Shown here piece by piece: positions 33,869-37,103 of a DNA stretch of 37,103 bases. The notes beneath the pieces are model-generated. The model had not been told where the DNA came from. It did no database searches and saw only the letters and a program-made list of their open reading frames with translations. This DNA comes from Toensbergia leucococca (Eukaryota): NCBI GenBank assembly GCA_022813965.1, contig JALDZS010000215.1, forward strand, positions 1 through 37,103. Direction: 5' to 3'. How positions within the stretch are numbered: position 1 is the first letter of the stretch; the number at the start of each line of letters is the position of its first letter. The translations under genes were made by a program, and so were the position numbers.

Positions 33869-36749
33869 CTAGAACTCGCTCAGTCTCAACTTCTTCCCGA
33901 TTGCTTTTCTCGCGTTTACTACGGCCTTTTCACTCGCCTTGTCTTTATTGTCTTGGTTGGCTTTGAGTGCTTGCAACAGCATTCCGGCATCGAAGAATCC
34001 ATCTAGAAAAAACAATTGTCAAATTAGCAGGTGTTGAGCTCATTTGTGACTTGAGGGGAAATTGAGTATACAGAACAAACAGACGTCGGGGTTTGCTGCG
34101 GAACGCTGAAAACGGCACAAACGCGGTGGAATGAAAGAGATGACAGTTCACTTGAAGTGCAATAAATCAGTGAGGCATATGAATGTCAAAGCTGGCTTCT
34201 TCTCCGTCAACAGCTCATCCCAAATGCCATATCGACAGACATGAACACGGGTTATATTACTGGGACAGACAACGGCTCGCTGATGAAAAAAAATAGAAAC
34301 AGGAACAGGCACGTACATCCGCCAAGGCCATCATCGTCGCTTTCTGCTTTGCCTTCGCTGACTGGTGTATCGACACCCTTCAAGCCCTCGCCCTTGATTA
34401 CTCTGCCCCGACTCTTGGATCCTCCGCTCACGTTAGGGCGCTGTTGCGCTTCACGAGCACGACTGGCAGTCGATGAAGTGGCTCTGCGCTGAGTCATGCG
34501 CAGTAGCTTGCGGATCTCTAGCAGATAGGATTCAAGTGCGTCAACAAAACGCTTTGTTTGGCGATGCTTGGAACTTGCGCAGATGGAGATGGAATCATCT
34601 TTGATGATGTAGCCGATACCAAACCCGTCGCCGGAAGTAGGACCGAATCCAAATTGTCGAAGTGAAGGATTGCCGCAATTGGAAGTCGACAGGATGGTAT
34701 TATTGATCCTATCCCATCCATTATCGGAGAAAATTGCAGGCATCTGCTGTGGTAATGCTTGGCCGTTCGATGGACTTGAGAGCGAACCGTCATCCGAAAG
34801 TACGGAGCCGCGATTGGGAGACCCAACATTTGAGTGAGCATCTTTGTCTGAACCGGCCTCCAAAGGACTTGAATACCCATTCGAGCTCATGCCGTTGCTA
34901 CTTGCCGCTTCAGCACCTTCTTCATCGAGCGCACGTTGCCAAACACAGAATAGTGCATAGAGGTGACGATCTTGTCCCATTGCCTTGGAACATTCTTTGG
35001 TCATGGTGGTATGTTTCTGCGTGGCTTTTTTGAGGCTGTCGATCTTAGCCTGGGGAGGATTTTCTCCCCAGAAGGTTTTCACAAATTCAACCGATTCGGA
35101 TGTAACAGATCTTATGGCCTCAGTGCGTCCATGTAGAAAGACCTTAGTCATCGCCGGCTCATACGTACACTCTACCCGACCATAAAGACCATAATAAGCG
35201 GCTTGAAATGCCATCTGTACAAAGGCGTCGGGCGAGAAACCCATGGAAATAATGAAAGTTTTCCCGTATCCGCTGAATTCCAACGTCTGGAATTCGTTCT
35301 GCTGAATCAGATCGGCGAGCCGTGTTTCCGCGAAGCGTAGTGCAGTGCTCAGTTCTGGTAGCATATCCCATTCCAATTTGTGTGGCGTTGTGCTCACATC
35401 GCCAAAACTGGCTGGATCTCTTTTAGATGGGTCAGGGCTCGTCGAAGTCCACAAGCTTGGTGCCTGGCCGTTGATGCTTTTGGCAAATCGCAAAATAGTA
35501 TCCGTGTAGACGTCGCTGGCCATTCGCAGGACAGTATGTCCATCAACACCAGTGTGCTCAAAGTTGATGCCTGCACTGCCATTTTCACAGACAATGATTT
35601 GTAACTTGTCATACCATCGATTTGTACAGGTCCCGATTTGAACCCCTTTCACAACCTCGCTCGTACCACACAGCATATTACCACATAGTTCGGCCACTGT
35701 TTGTGGCTCAGTGTAGTCAAGGCAAAGAATGAACAAAGCAGAATCCACGATACCTAGGCAGTCAGAATTGTTTGATCCTTCAATGCGAGTCAGAACATCT
35801 CTTAGGCCCGCCCAGATCTTACGGTTCTCGGTGCTAAGAACCCCAAGTGCGCCCTTTGCAGCTTCTTGAATGGGCGTCTGTTCGGCGTCATCAACAACAA
35901 CCTGAAGATTGAGAGCCACATCCTTCTCGGTCATGATTAGATCGGAATTGTCATCCAGAACATCAAACCAATAAAACTGGCCTTTACATAGGACTACAAG
36001 ATGCTTCGCACCCAGGTCCTGGCCGATTTGGCATCCATTCTCCGTCGGCACTCGGGCGGTCCCGAAAAGTCGAGAATACTGGTACATGCACAGTGGGATA
36101 TCGCCTCGAAGGGTGTCAGGTGGGAGTTCCTCCTTCCGCACGGCACGTACGAAGGAGAGAGCAGATATTACTAGGGATGCAGCGCGGGTGACCTGGTTGT
36201 TCCGAGCAGGTGTTGGGTCGTCCTCAAGGAGAAAGAATGGGTTGAGGTTGAGAACGACAGGATTGTCAAAATTAAGATACGAATCATACCCTGAAATGCT
36301 CAATGAGCCTTTGGATCATTGTGAATGTTTATAATTTGCTGCTGTGGAGGCAGAGACGTACAGAATTGCTCGATATAACTTGTTTTCCCGGTAGCATACC
36401 TTTTCAAACGTTCTTGCAGTTCTGGACCTTCGTTCCTCAGGAAGTCACGTACGGCAACAGCAGTGTCTTCCTGTTCCCTGCCAGTTTGCAGCGGTTTGAG
36501 TGCATCCTGATACTTTCGACACGTGCTTTCAAGGTCTGGTATTGGGAGTTTTGGGAGGCTGTCTTGTGCGGCAAACGTTGTGCCTGGGCTGTTCTTCGGT
36601 TTCTGGGAGGCTAGAGGCTCTCGCTGCTGGGAAGTGCACTTGACCTGTGCCCCATTGACTGGAGCGGGATCGGTCTCGGATTGAGGCGGCTGTGAAGTGG
36701 CCAGGGATTCGTTGAGAGATCTAGACATGGTGAAAGTGCGTACTGGCAT
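33869..36749 (-). CDS. facC: Carnitine O-acetyltransferase, FacC/Yat1 type
   Basis: LPKLPIPDLESTC, SYIEQF/WYDSYL, NRWYDKLQIIV, INFEHTGVDGHTVLR (catalytic His), SPDAFVQMAFQ, HGRTEAIR, LSTSNCG. The last exon (34002-33869) GY/GFFDAGMLLQALK..GKKLRLSEF* follows intron 34316-34003. Confidence 0.94.
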
Positions 36750-37103
36750 GGTGAAATTGTTTTAGTTAGGCGTACAATGGAGAGATAATGGTCGGTATGG
36801 ATAGAAGACGTAGAGCACTACGAAAGAAATAGTGGCAGTCTTGAAGACAGTAATAAGGCATTGGGGTGTAGCAAGGTCAAGACATGGGGTGATTCAATTC
36901 AAGAGGTGAAGTAAACAGCTCAAGTGAGATTGCGGTCGTACCTCAGGATAAGGATAATGGCCGGGCAATAGGAAAGCGCACACGTGCCCTGACGGACCAA
37001 AGGGTGTGGTAAACTCCAGTTGTACGTAGCAGTGGCGATGGATGTTGAATTATCTTGAGATGGAGGAGCTAACCAACGTACTGCATGGTCAGGGTCTACC
37101 TCT

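Noticed and set aside
1..37103. CRISPR arrays, rRNA, transposase/RT genes, TGA-CTA read-through to PTS1 signals, stwintrons
   Set aside because: None seen by eye; the introns I traced splice as simple GT-AG units and the stop contexts I checked are not read-through type.

Overview
Gene-dense eukaryotic DNA from a filamentous ascomycete (Pezizomycotina), with short GT-AG introns and CTRAC/CTAAT branch sites. Recognisable intact genes in order: 5'-truncated UbiA-family prenyltransferase/terpene cyclase, PMT2, a sugar-porter MFS transporter, CHS7-like chaperone, SSL1 (TFIIH p44), Abp2-like protein, PMP47-type peroxisomal carrier, RPC82, QCR2, ATP15, MAK10, a WD40 protein and a FacC/YAT1-type carnitine acetyltransferase. 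A DEDDy 3'-5' exonuclease gene carries a frameshift. The most notable signals are not in the ORF track. (1) A broken relic of a RID/DmtA/Masc1-type C5 DNA methyltransferase lies at about 15.8-16.3 kb. (2) The sugar porter has a long in-frame 5' extension with no AUG in any frame, suggesting non-AUG initiation. (3) An unassigned ~165-nt candidate RNA polymerase III transcript at 31.04-31.21 kb has a TATA element, A box, B box, T-run and strong pairing potential, but is not a normal tRNA. (4) The last facC intron is unusually long and contains a hairpin. (5) Several other decayed genes sit in the intergenic gaps. All calls come from manual reading and motif recognition; no searches were run.
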